64,000 nucleotides of DNA, taken from NCBI GenBank assembly GCA_964234715.1, contig OZ174280.1; one strand, written 5' to 3'. The position numbers and the translations under genes were made by a program. The stretch is from Podarcis melisellensis (Eukaryota). Below the pieces are notes generated by a model. It saw only the letters and a list, made by a program, of their open reading frames with translations, did not search any database and was not told where the DNA came from. Below, in pieces: positions 36,101 through 45,710 of this stretch (positions within the stretch are counted from its first letter, which is position 1; each line of letters opens with the position of its first letter).

Positions 36101-36996
36101 CATAGTTAAGGAGCACTGGTTGAGCTGAGCATTTGAAATTTGACTTGCTTTAATTGTGGTTGTGTGCTATGATTCTAAATATCTGTCCAAGTCCCTTCGC
36201 AGTCCCCTCTCTTGCTGATGCCTGTCTTTCACCATTCCCACCCTGATGTCTCTTGAGGGCATATACGGTATGCAGATTCAGTGTTTGTTTCTCAGCATCA
36301 GTTCAACAAATGCAGAAGCCATGAGGGGACAGATGGTAAAATGGACATTATCCTGAACTCAGGAAGGCATGGGTTACTGTGCTCACTTGACAGTTGCCTA
36401 ATTTTTCTGGATGTAGGTGGAATTTGAGGATGGCTCCCAGCTGATGGCAAAGAGGGATGATGTATACACTCTTAATGAAGAACTTCCTAAGAGGGTCAAG
36501 TCAAGGCTGGTGAGTCAAGGAACAGGGGAGGCTGATCCATATAGTTCTTTTCACAGAGAAGTAAAGTTATAACTCAGACCTTATGTGCCTGAGATGGTTC
36601 ATTTCATGTAGCTATGAGCATAAGTGCATTTTAATTATTAATTTACGATGAGGGGGGCACTAAATCCCTTGTAACTAGCCCTAATTTTATTTTAATGACT
36701 GGCATTAAACTGATGCTTCAGAAGCTGCCATTTAAAAGTCCTGAAATCAAAAGCCCAATTGATCATCTGTTTGTGGGGATCAGCTGGGCCACCTCTAATG
36801 CAGAACATGAATGCCATTCTCATAGTAACTATTTTGGTTGATTTCTCTCCCACAGTCTGTTGCATCTGACATGCGCTTCACAGAGATCTTCACAGAGAAG
36901 GAGGTCAAACAAGAAAGAAAAAGACAGAGGGTCATCAATTCACGCTACCGTGAAGATTACATTGAGCCTGCACTGTACCGGGCCATTATGGAGTAG
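18127..36996 (+). CDS. KDM4A: lysine-specific demethylase 4A (JMJD2A), 21 coding exons, 3159 nt, 1052 aa
   Basis: join(18127-18264,19072-19247,20031-20145,20415-20608,20893-20942,22254-22357,23078-23215,24313-24560,25254-25444,26296-26648,27133-27253,27712-27890,28798-28993,30163-30239,31292-31347,31982-32090,34413-34601,34918-35088,35808-35927,36417-36509,36856-36996); all GT-AG, phases consistent, no internal stop; KDM4A-specific segments [30 protein letters not shown] and C-terminus [15 protein letters not shown]. Confidence 0.97.
19072..19247 (+). CDS. KDM4A: KDM4A coding exon 2
   Basis: ttctag|[58 protein letters not shown](K)|gtatga. Confidence 0.96.
20031..20145 (+). CDS. KDM4A: KDM4A coding exon 3
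   Basis: ttttag|[38 protein letters not shown]|gtaaga. Confidence 0.96.
20415..20608 (+). CDS. KDM4A: KDM4A coding exon 4 (JmjC, Fe ligands H188/E190)
   Basis: cttcag|[64 protein letters not shown](W)|gtgaga. Confidence 0.97.
20893..20942 (+). CDS. KDM4A: KDM4A coding exon 5
   Basis: ctacag|[16 protein letters not shown]|gtaacc. Confidence 0.95.
21585..21660 (+). mobile_element. degenerate Squam2-like SINE fragment
   Basis: CCAGGTTCAGTTCTTGGCATCTCCAGTT..GGGCTGGGAAA, homologous to the copy at ~53998-54135. Confidence 0.5.
22254..22357 (+). CDS. KDM4A: KDM4A coding exon 6 (C234, H240, K241)
   Basis: aaacag|[35 protein letters not shown]|gtaaga. Confidence 0.96.
23078..23215 (+). CDS. KDM4A: KDM4A coding exon 7 (H276)
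   Basis: ttacag|[46 protein letters not shown]|gtaagt. Confidence 0.97.
24085..24175 (+). mobile_element. L2 3'-terminal fragment (same family as 5281-6025)
   Basis: GGAAGCCGCCCAGGGTGGCTGGGGAAGCCCAGCCAGATGGGCAGGGTATAAATAA plus (TTA/TGA)n tail. Confidence 0.8.
24313..24560 (+). CDS. KDM4A: KDM4A coding exon 8 (C306/C308)
   Basis: atgcag|[32 protein letters not shown]...EEDAEKK|gtatgt. Confidence 0.95.
25254..25444 (+). CDS. KDM4A: KDM4A coding exon 9
   Basis: ttgcag|(S)[31 protein letters not shown]...GLAPP|gtaact. Confidence 0.93.
26296..26648 (+). CDS. KDM4A: KDM4A coding exon 10
   Basis: gtccag|(E)[21 protein letters not shown]...VLTVHSYAK...NEQELAK|gtaatt. Confidence 0.92.
27133..27253 (+). 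CDS. KDM4A: KDM4A coding exon 11
   Basis: ttccag|[40 protein letters not shown]|gtaagt. Confidence 0.94.
27317..27402. repeat. perfect 43-bp tandem duplication in a KDM4A intron
   Basis: GATTCCCAGATGTGTGCCCTTGTGCAATTCCTGGGCAGACACA x2 (27317-27359, 27360-27402). Confidence 0.95.
27712..27890 (+). CDS. KDM4A: KDM4A coding exon 12
   Basis: ttgcag|(E)[59 protein letters not shown]|gtaagc. Confidence 0.95.
28798..28993 (+). CDS. KDM4A: KDM4A coding exon 13 (PHD1 start)
   Basis: ttacag|[65 protein letters not shown]|gtgagt. Confidence 0.94.
30026..30109. repeat. compound (CA)n(TA)n(CA)n microsatellite
   Basis: Direct reading. Confidence 0.92.
30163..30239 (+). CDS. KDM4A: KDM4A coding exon 14
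   Basis: tgttag|(S)[25 protein letters not shown]|gtaaga. Confidence 0.95.
31292..31347 (+). CDS. KDM4A: KDM4A coding exon 15
   Basis: tgtcag|[18 protein letters not shown](K)|gtgagt. Confidence 0.95.
31377..31735 (+). mobile_element. full-length Sauria SINE in a KDM4A intron
   Basis: Head GGATGCAGGTGGTGCTGTGG, B-box-like GGTTTGAATCC, (ACCTTT)-type tail; ~20-bp TSD TGGGTAACYGAATATGGAAG at 31357-31376 and 31736-31755. Confidence 0.92.
31982..32090 (+). CDS. KDM4A: KDM4A coding exon 16
   Basis: gttcag|[36 protein letters not shown]|gtaaga. Confidence 0.96.
34413..34601 (+). CDS. KDM4A: KDM4A coding exon 17 (PHD2)
   Basis: tcacag|[63 protein letters not shown]|gtaagg. Confidence 0.97.
34918..35088 (+). 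CDS. KDM4A: KDM4A coding exon 18 (Tudor 1)
   Basis: cttcag|[57 protein letters not shown]|gtatgc. Confidence 0.96.
35808..35927 (+). CDS. KDM4A: KDM4A coding exon 19 (Tudor 2)
   Basis: tgacag|[40 protein letters not shown]|gtaagg. Confidence 0.96.
36417..36509 (+). CDS. KDM4A: KDM4A coding exon 20
   Basis: atgtag|[31 protein letters not shown]|gtgagt. Confidence 0.96.
36856..36996 (+). CDS. KDM4A: KDM4A last coding exon
   Basis: ccacag|[46 protein letters not shown]. Confidence 0.97.
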   Translation, partial: SVASDMRFTEIFTEKEVKQERKRQRVINSRYREDYIEPALYRAIME

Positions 36997-37938
36997 TAGT
37001 GGAGTAGTAGCTGGCAACAGAATTGCGGTGACCACCTCCAGGTGGATCCTAGCCCTCCAGCACAGCAGAGGCCAAACAGACTGTCTTTACATCCAGGTTT
37101 TTTTAAAAAATAATAATAATGAAACAAACTTACCTGATTCTGCAGCACCTTGAAGGTGGTTGTCAAGTAATAGGATGGATTCAACTTTACTGGCAGACTC
37201 TAAGTCTAGAATTTGGGAGCACTAAATTCTCTGACTTCCTGAACCATTTGGCTCACACCAGCTTGATGGCTTCACTTTTGGCAGTGAGTTTCTTTTTGAA
37301 GTACAAACTCTTCTCTACCAGAGGAAAATCATCTTAATACAACCCCAGGGAGCAACAGACAGCTGCAGTGCTATGGATGAATCCCCTGCTTTTTCCTGGA
37401 TTAACTGTCTGGTTCAGGGTGTGTTTCCCAGCTCACCATGCCTGCACAAAGCTGGCGATGTCACTGGTGCTTGACAATTAATTCCTTTTTATATTTATAA
37501 CCCTGTTTTTGTCATGAGCACGTGTTTTTTCAGCATCACCTCTCTCAGACGGAGCCAAGTGGGATGAAGAAGGGAGAGTGAAACTGATTAGCTCCTTTTA
37601 GACCCTACTTCTTGAACCTTTGATTTAAGTTTTTGTCCTATTTTATATTCAGAGACTTATTTACTCATGCGTTTAATTGTAATAGTATGTGCCTATGTAA
37701 TAGGAAAACTGTTTGGAGCCATTTAGCACGTGCATTCCTTGGGCAAGAGAATCCTAGGAAGTACCCCTCATTAAGGCAATAAGGACCGCAGGCATTCCAG
37801 GGCCCTGGTTCTCCTGGGAAGGCGAGAAGTCAGGCGCAGGCATGTAGCAAGGATGCCTTGGAAAATAATTGTAAGCGTGTCTCACTGGCATTGGCTCCAG
37901 CTTGTGGGGTGTCTTGAGTATAAGTTGAGTATTTATAA

Positions 37939-37944
37939 AATAAA
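37939..37944 (+). terminator. KDM4A: probable KDM4A polyadenylation signal AATAAA
   Basis: First AATAAA I found after the stop (~940 nt downstream), followed ~20 nt later by GU/U-rich ATTGGTATTTCTGTTT. Confidence 0.6.
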
Positions 37945-40900
37945 TGCAAAGGTCAGCATTATTGGTATTTCTGTTTAGGAACTTTATGCTGGTTTTGCCC
38001 TAAACTAAGATGGTAACAGTAGCAACAGAACTCATGTGTATTTGGTCCTATCCAATGTGTGGAAGTTCAAGGGGTATGGTTTTGGGAGAGAGAAAGGGCT
38101 GCTTTGGTGCTTTACAACAATGGGGACAACTTTACGTACGTTCCAGAGAGAGTGCAAGCTACTTTTATAAATATGTTATTGTAGTGTATGCAGGGCCATA
38201 TCATCATGAACATGCCCTTATCTAACCTTGGAAGATAAAAGTACCCTCTTGTTCATTTGGCTGCTCTGGCAAAGGATGTGGTGCCACAACCCTCTGTTCA
38301 GCTATTTCTCTTGCTGTATAAAGATGTGCTGTATCGGAAATTTTAGGGATGGAGTGCCTTCTTACACAACAGACTATGTTGTGGGGTAGGCCACTGCTTC
38401 TGTATCAGCCTTGCAGTATATATTGCAAATTCTTATAATGTAATTTGACCAAATTCTCCTTCAGCTTGCAAACACAATCTTTAGGCATTTTTCTGACTCT
38501 TCTCTCCCTTTATTAATTGTAATTTTGGTGTGGCCTGAGGCAGCCCATAACGGGGCGGGGGGGGGGTAATATAAATTTTGATAGCCAGTATTAACTTGCT
38601 CTGTGTGTTATTTGAGAGAGTCTAGGAGTGGAGTGACTTCAGAAGCAGTGTATGTGGGATCCCTGAACGCACACACATGTGCATACACACAGCAGACTGG
38701 AAGATTAGAAAAGTCATTGCATCTCATTGATTTCTGTGACTGTCCTTTGAAGAGTGGCAGCTCCCCAAATGTATAAATCTGCCTTTGGAGAAACACTTCA
38801 AATATTCTTGAATGCTTTTCACTCCCTCAGCTATCTGGGTGGGTGGGCATACTTTTTGGTGCTTTGGGTAACAGATTCCCTCTGGTCAGTATTCTTCTGG
38901 TTCCCCAGGTATGATATTGAAAAGCAGAGTCTTCTATCTTTCTTTTTCCCAGGAGCCTCTTCCTGTCCCAGCTGGCATTTTCTGCATCTTGATTCAGGAA
39001 GGATTGTGTTTATATACAGAAATCCTTATGTTGGCATATTTTTAAAAATATGGCTTATTTACTGTATGCTTCAACTGAAATAATGGGCTTTTCTGTATCA
39101 GCGTTGAAACTGAATCATTACCTTAAATATTATCAACATACAAGGGGGACTTTTCCTTATGCTTTTGTTTCAAATTGTCTATGGGAAAAACTAGTCTAGA
39201 AGGCATTTACTGTAAGTTCACCCGATAAAAATAGTCTTGAACTGTAGCTATACTGTGGCTCAGGGCCTTTTCTGAATATTTTTAAAAATGATATCGCGGT
39301 TGAATATGTGTGTCTCTGGAAATGGCTGTTCCTATTCTAGACTGTGGGTGAACCTGAAGATAGATTGCAACAGGTTAAAGTAAAACAAATTTATATTGTG
39401 TGGAGACAATATGTAAAGTACATTGTGGTTGAACCAGCACACTTTGTGAGAATTCTAAGGAGTCTACCCAGAACTTACTATAAGTATTCTGCTCTACTAC
39501 TATTATGGGTGTGTGTCTTGCTTCATTTAGATCAATTAAATGCATTTAATCTTAGTCAGCATAGAAGATCAGTGAAATAGCAAAGCAGGTGTCTGTCCCC
39601 CAAAATGCCAATTATTGATTAATTTTACATAATGACTGTGGGAACTCATTTGTACTGATATTTTAATAGGCTTTTGAGGAGTTAAACTCCTTGTTATTTG
39701 CTTCTCCCCTACTTTAAATACAAATTAACTGATTAAGATGCATGAACAGCAAGGAGCAGGCTGAACAGAGTGTTATTATTATATACATGATGTCATTATT
39801 ACCCTTCTCTAAATTGGACTCCAATAATTTCTGACCTGTTTGAAGTTTTACTGGCTTTGGAATGGCAATGTGAGATGGAGACAAGATAGGCAGCTTTATG
39901 TATTGTTTTCAACCTGATCTAGTAATATAATTTTGGACTAGACTCAACTGATTAAATCTGAAACACTTTAACATTGTAAGCCTCATGTATTTAATTACAT
40001 CATGGAACCTCTATTGCTTATCCCAAGTTCTTCCTTTTGTATCTTTCCTAGTTACATGGTAGTTTGGTCACTGTTTACTCTTAATAACCCTGGATCATCT
40101 GATTTTTCTCCTACCCCCCCCACCAACTTTCAAGGGTCATTCCAGATATTCTGAAAATAAATGTACTGCAGTAGGGGTATGCCTTATGCACACTTGAATA
40201 TACATTTGGAAGTTCATCCGGTTTTAAGCCCACAGCTCCTAATTCAGAAAATGATAGGCAGATGAATTGTGAACAGTAAGAGTGAGAATGAAAAATATAG
40301 GTAAAAGGATGGAACACTTTCTTCCTCTCTGTCCTCCTCCTTTTCTTGCGGGATGGGATGGGATAAATGTGATTTGCACAATGGTAATATTTCCAGCTGT
40401 AAAGTGATAGGTGAACTCTCCTGGAAAAAAATTCTCCATAGAGTAGCAGAAGTGACTAACTTGTAGTCCAACAATCTCTGGAGAATTCTGTCCTACAGAA
40501 TGCTTTCAAACATACACACACATTGGGAAGGGGAAGGAACTTTACTACACCCTTCCCAAGAAAAGCAACAATACTTTCTGAAAAGGGGAAAGGACAGCAA
40601 GCCTTGGGGAGGCCTTGATAAAGATGTAAGAGGCCCTGTTGGTTTCCTTAACAGGAAATTACAATATTGAGCATTTGCCTTGAAAAGCAGAGGAAACTAT
40701 GAATACATGTTGCCCAGCAGGAAATTATGTTTGTAAGCATACTTTGGTGCATCATTTCCAGTGCAGAAACAGTTGGCCCTTTCTGCCACTAGTTACAACT
40801 TTAACTTTCTCAAAGGTAAGATGGTTTGGTTGTACTTTTGTGGCTTCTTTGGGAGAGAATTGGCAGGCAAATTCAGTTTCAAGCCAGACCTGAATTTGGC

Positions 40901-43101
40901 AAATCTGGTCCTTGGCTTCCACGCCCGTGCAGAGCTTGTCTGAGGCCCAGGGCAGAAGTCTTGTTATATAATAAAAGTTACAAAGTCAAAAAAAAGCAGC
41001 CAGTCCAGTTACATAAGATGGCAGAGCCACTCAGCTTACCCCTCTGAAGCCCAGGGCAAGTGTACTGAGCTGCCCACCCCCCACTCTGCACAGTCCTGCT
41101 GGCATGTACTAAGATGTGAGATGAGCTGTTTCAAAATCTGCCAAATTCATATTCACTCCCTTCACTGCAAGTACCGGTAATTGAAATGTCTCAAAGGTGT
41201 GGGAGATGTAGCTGCTAACAATGCTATTCTCTAGGGTTTTCTCCTTTGAAATGATTCTGGGTAACTTTGCTGGCTGCTGGCTGCTTTTATTAGTGAAATG
41301 CAAGCCAGCAGACCTTTCTAACTTTTGCATCTGTGCCTATAACCATGGTTTGAATGGGGTACTAGAAAGGTAAGTGAAAGGGGAAGGAAAAGTACGTGCT
41401 GGAAGGTTCATTGAGTTGTGGAGGATTGTGCACTAGTTGTAGGGCTGGTTGTGGCTTTTTTGCTTCAGTTAAACATGTGGAGATAGAACTTAAGGAACTC
41501 TCACTTATTTTGAGCGGCTGTTGCATCATCAGTTGTCTTACTGTTCCATTTGCTAATCTTCTGAAAAAAGATTCCTATGGAAATATGTGAGAGAGTTGAA
41601 CAGCCAGAATTTTTCTTTGTCTGGCTAGTTTTGCAACACTCCAGCTCATATTTTGAGGAAGATGCACAAATGTTCTTCACATATTGAAGGTCATAAAATA
41701 GTTTTTAATTCCTCTAAAAACTAGCCCAGGGAGAAAATGATTTAGGTGATTTAGGTGTGAGCAAGGGTTGTTTACACCTGAAGCCTTCTCCCAGTGACTT
41801 CCACTCTTCGGGATGAGTTTGTCACAGAAGCACTTGGCTGAAATACCATGGATCTAGCTACATTAAATTCAACCCATTTTTCAGAAAGGTTTAGGGGCGA
41901 AGCTTACCTGTTGCAGTACCTGCTGCTAATGCAGTCTAGATCTTCTGTATGTCCTAGAGAACTCATTTCTGGCACATGACTTATGTGGAAGATGTCTGTC
42001 AGTGACTTCCCTCTTCTAATTAAGAACTGGTATATGGTGTGTTAAATCTTTCTTTGTTTTTATTCTCTCTGGCCTCATTCATGCCAAATCTCCACAGGGA
42101 CTGGGCCGATGACCAGACATTACTAGACATTATTAAAGAAACAGGAGGGCTGCAAGGATGGAAGGTTTTATCATCTTGCCCAGGGTATATTCCTGCTCTG
42201 GGGCTGCCTTTTCTGCTCCTTGTAGAACACAGCGAGAACTGGCAGGAGGCCTAGGAGCTGTCACTACATAAAGACAGCATCTGCCTGCCACTTGCCCAGG
42301 GTATGAACATAAGGTCAGGCTTGTCCTCTCAGCTTGTGTGTGAGGCCCAGACAGGGCTGGATTGAGGCAAGCACAGTAGCTCTCTGTGCTTGTACTACGG
42401 AAGTATGAGGAAAAGCCAACAGGAGGTGCAAGGGGAGCTCAGGGCTGGGAAGGAGAGAACTCTGCTCACTACAGTTGAGGTGAGATCTTTTAAAACTGCA
42501 CTCATCTCTTTGGTGTTTCTTCTTAGTAGACACTCAGACATAGAACAGGATGTGGGAAGTGGTCTGGAGAAGCCCCAGCTCTTTCACTTCCATTGTTTTC
42601 AAATCTGTCCTTTAAATGTCCTCTATACTCTCAGAGCAGGCCAGGATAGAAATAAATAACCTGCCAGTTTACAACAAAAGCAAATAAATAGTAAATTCCT
42701 CAAACTGGTGAGTGTGGACAGTTTGGGAAATGGGTCACTGGGCTGCTAGCAATTAACTGGAGGCAATGCAGCATCAGGAGCTGAAGTGCAAATATTTGGG
42801 GGCCAGATACAAATATCAAAGACAGATTCTGCTTTCCCAATCCTCCCTGTCATGCATGCTCTCTCTCTATATATATTTGTCAACTGCTCTGTGGTGCTTT
42901 AATAAATTTATTAGCCTACCTTTTGAGTTCAAACTGAAACACACAATGTAATAAAAATCAACATTTTAAAAAAGCCAATAATGGTTTAATTTTTTAAAAA
43001 AGCAAGAGTCTGTACTCAGGATTTGTTAATAGCTTCTAGCATAGCTAGACACAACTGCCCTGTGGTTTCATATGGGTCTTGGGGCTGAGGTGGGGGATGC
43101 A

Positions 43102-43103
<2 letters not shown>

Positions 43104-43170
<67 letters not shown>
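43104..43170. repeat. (CT)n(GT)n microsatellite
   Basis: Direct reading. Confidence 0.95.
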
Positions 43171-43299
43171 AAGTAGTCCTGAATAGGATCAGAGTTTTGC
43201 TTCTGTTAGATGGGTTACTTTCCCAGGTTGACAACCCCCACCTGCCTTTCATTTCCATCTACAGCATGTGCAGAAACCACCTTTTTGACCGCTGGACGT

Positions 43300-44776
43300 A
43301 CTATTGGTCTCATCCACTCAATCTGTTGCAGCCTGTCTTCACATGCAGGTTCGCCTGCCTTCAATTAAGATTTTAAGTAGGTTTTTTAGCCTTCCTGGGC
43401 TCTAATTTTACAGTTTTAATTATTTATTGGCTGCCTTATCACCTCACCACTGCCCCTGTTTTTCCTAGTTAACGTTTTCTTGTTTTACTGGCTTGTTGCT
43501 GTGCTACTGACCAAGCTGGCCTCCCCCCTCAAAAAATGCCTAAAGGAGTGGCTCCTGTGATTGATTGCCTGCTTTGATTCCTGGCTAAAAACTTGGACTA
43601 ACAAAGGGTCAGGGGGATCTGGCACTAAGCTTTAGCTTTCACCGACTTCAACTCCAGCCCGAGCGATTTATTACCTCCTTATCTTATTGGCATTTGGCTG
43701 CTGGAGGTTTGCCTACCACAACGAAATAATAGTTTCTTCGGCAAGTAAGATGGGGTTCACGCCAGATAGGATTTCATCGCCCTCCTCCCCTCAACGTTTC
43801 ATCTGCCACGGTTGTTGTAAGTAATGCCGCTGTAAAAATCTATTCCATCTATCCCCATCTAACCCTGACCGCTAGATTGTGAACTGTCGGAAAGTCCGGC
43901 ACGCAGTGGACCACAGCCACTTCTAATTAATTAACTAGACGTGGAGCTTCTGGGAAGAGCGTTATTTAACGAGAGGAGTGTTAATTCCAGCTTGTCTAAT
44001 TGGGACGAAGCGGTGCTATCTTCACATAACTCCATATACTCTACGGAGATGGTGCTCACCAGACAGAGATGCAAAGTTCTGGGGGTCTCCCCAACGCAGA
44101 GGGTTGAATCACCACCAGAACCTCGCAGACGAAAATTTTGCATTATTTTAAGCCTAAAACAAAAATGGACATATGCTCCGAGTCCCCACTTCCCCACGAT
44201 TGGTCTATTGACCAAACATGTTATGGGAAGGAACCTGATATTGTTGAGGAGAGAGAGGGGACCAGTCTAGCAATGGAGATGGCTCAGATAGTCTCCCAAT
44301 CTAGTGCTACTGACACTCTCGTAGAATATGATCAAGAACGAAATTTAAAACGCTTGGAAGTCACACTAGATGGATCAGTCAATGCAGCCAGCCCCAGCGA
44401 AAAGGCTAGGATGGAACCCTCAAGTGCGACGAGATCAGAGGAAAATCCAAGCCAGCTAAAAGGAGCCTGCTGGGACGCAGATAGCAATACCTGTATCCTG
44501 ATTGGGCTTTTCAATGAAATGATGAAAGAATGCCAAATGCACATAAGCAAAGAATTAAGACCAATCAGGAACTTTCTTACGGAATGCGTGGGTTTGCTAG
44601 TAAGCCTGACAGAGCTCATCAGGAAGGGAGCAATCTCACACACCCCTACTCCAGCGGCTGAAATTCCAACAGAGCCCAGTAGCTCAGAGAAGTACCCAAA
44701 GAGAGCCACTCCTATGTCTACCAACAGTCGAGTTACACACCCTTCACCTAAAAAGAAGAGCTTCACAACACCCTAA
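43300..44776 (+). mobile_element. probable 5'UTR + ORF1 fragment of a non-LTR retrotransposon (family unassigned; 5' boundary approximate)
   Basis: CpG-elevated leader, then ATG 44049 (MVLTRQRCK...) that continues after one frameshift near 44135 into ORF 44138-44776; ends at a MITE junction. Confidence 0.4.
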
Positions 44777-45053
44777 CCCGCCTTCCCCTCTCTCCCCGGA
44801 CCTCTTTTGAACCAAGGGGCGGCAAAGGGGAGACGCGATTCTCCCCGCTGCCCCTTCCCTTGCTTTAAAACTGGTCCGGGGACAGAGGGGAAGGCGCGCG
44901 GCGCTTCCCCTCTGTCCCCAGACGGTCTCCATAGGAACGCATTGATTGATTTTTCAATGCATTCCTATGGGAAACCGTGCTTCGCAAGACGAAAAACTCG
45001 CAAGAAGAAAAAACTTGCGGAACGAATTAATTTCGTCTTGCGAGGCACCACTG
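44777..45053. mobile_element. right portion of a Tc1/mariner-type MITE (family of 12012-12248)
   Basis: Ends AATTAATTTCGTCTTGCGAGGCACCACTG|TA; no left TIR found upstream. Confidence 0.8.
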
Positions 45054-45514
45054 TAGTTGGGTGCTGTGTAGCATGAATAGCTGCAGAATGATAAGGAATG
45101 GCAACACATATGGGAAGCAAGCCTGAGCAAGTTTCTGCAGTGCTCACATCACCCAGAATAGAGTCAGGGAAGATGCTCTAGCTCTGTGGACTTGTAAAGA
45201 GCTTCAATGTCTCCCTGTGTTGTCTCTTGCTTTGGCTTAGCGGAGCATAACAGGAGTATTGGGGAATGGGAAATGCAGCTCTATGGAGACCATGCTCACA
45301 GCAGCATTTTTCCTTCTCCCCACAACCATTTCCATCATGGAAGAAGGGAATTTTTCTCTGTATACTATGCCTGGTTTTTTGTTTTGTCTTGTTTTTTACT
45401 TCTCTGAATGTCTTCATTTTAAGATTTCTACCCTAGTAACTCTGGCCTCCCACTAAGATTCAGTACAGCTTGTGCTATGCTATTTGGATATATTCTTTAC
45501 AATATTTATTAGTC

Positions 45515-45710
45515 ATTGCATTTGTAGCCCACCTTTTTCTCTAAAGATCTCAAGATGACGTACATGGTTCTCTCGCTCCTCACTTAATCCTCACAGCAGG
45601 ATAAACTGAAGGCAGCGACTGGCCCAAGGTCACACAGTGAGTTTCATGGTTGAGTGGGGATTTGAACCCAGTTCCTAGTCCAACTCTTTAACCACAACAC
45701 AATACTGGCT
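45515..45710 (-). mobile_element. older tRNA-derived Squam3-like SINE
   Basis: Reverse complement begins AGCCAGTATTGTGTTGTGGTTAAAGAG..GGTTCAAATCCCCACTC..GTGACCTTGGGCCAGTC, homologous to the copy at 61990. Confidence 0.75.

Noticed and set aside
43016-43258. RE-repeat protein ORF
   Set aside because: Translation of the (CT)n microsatellite
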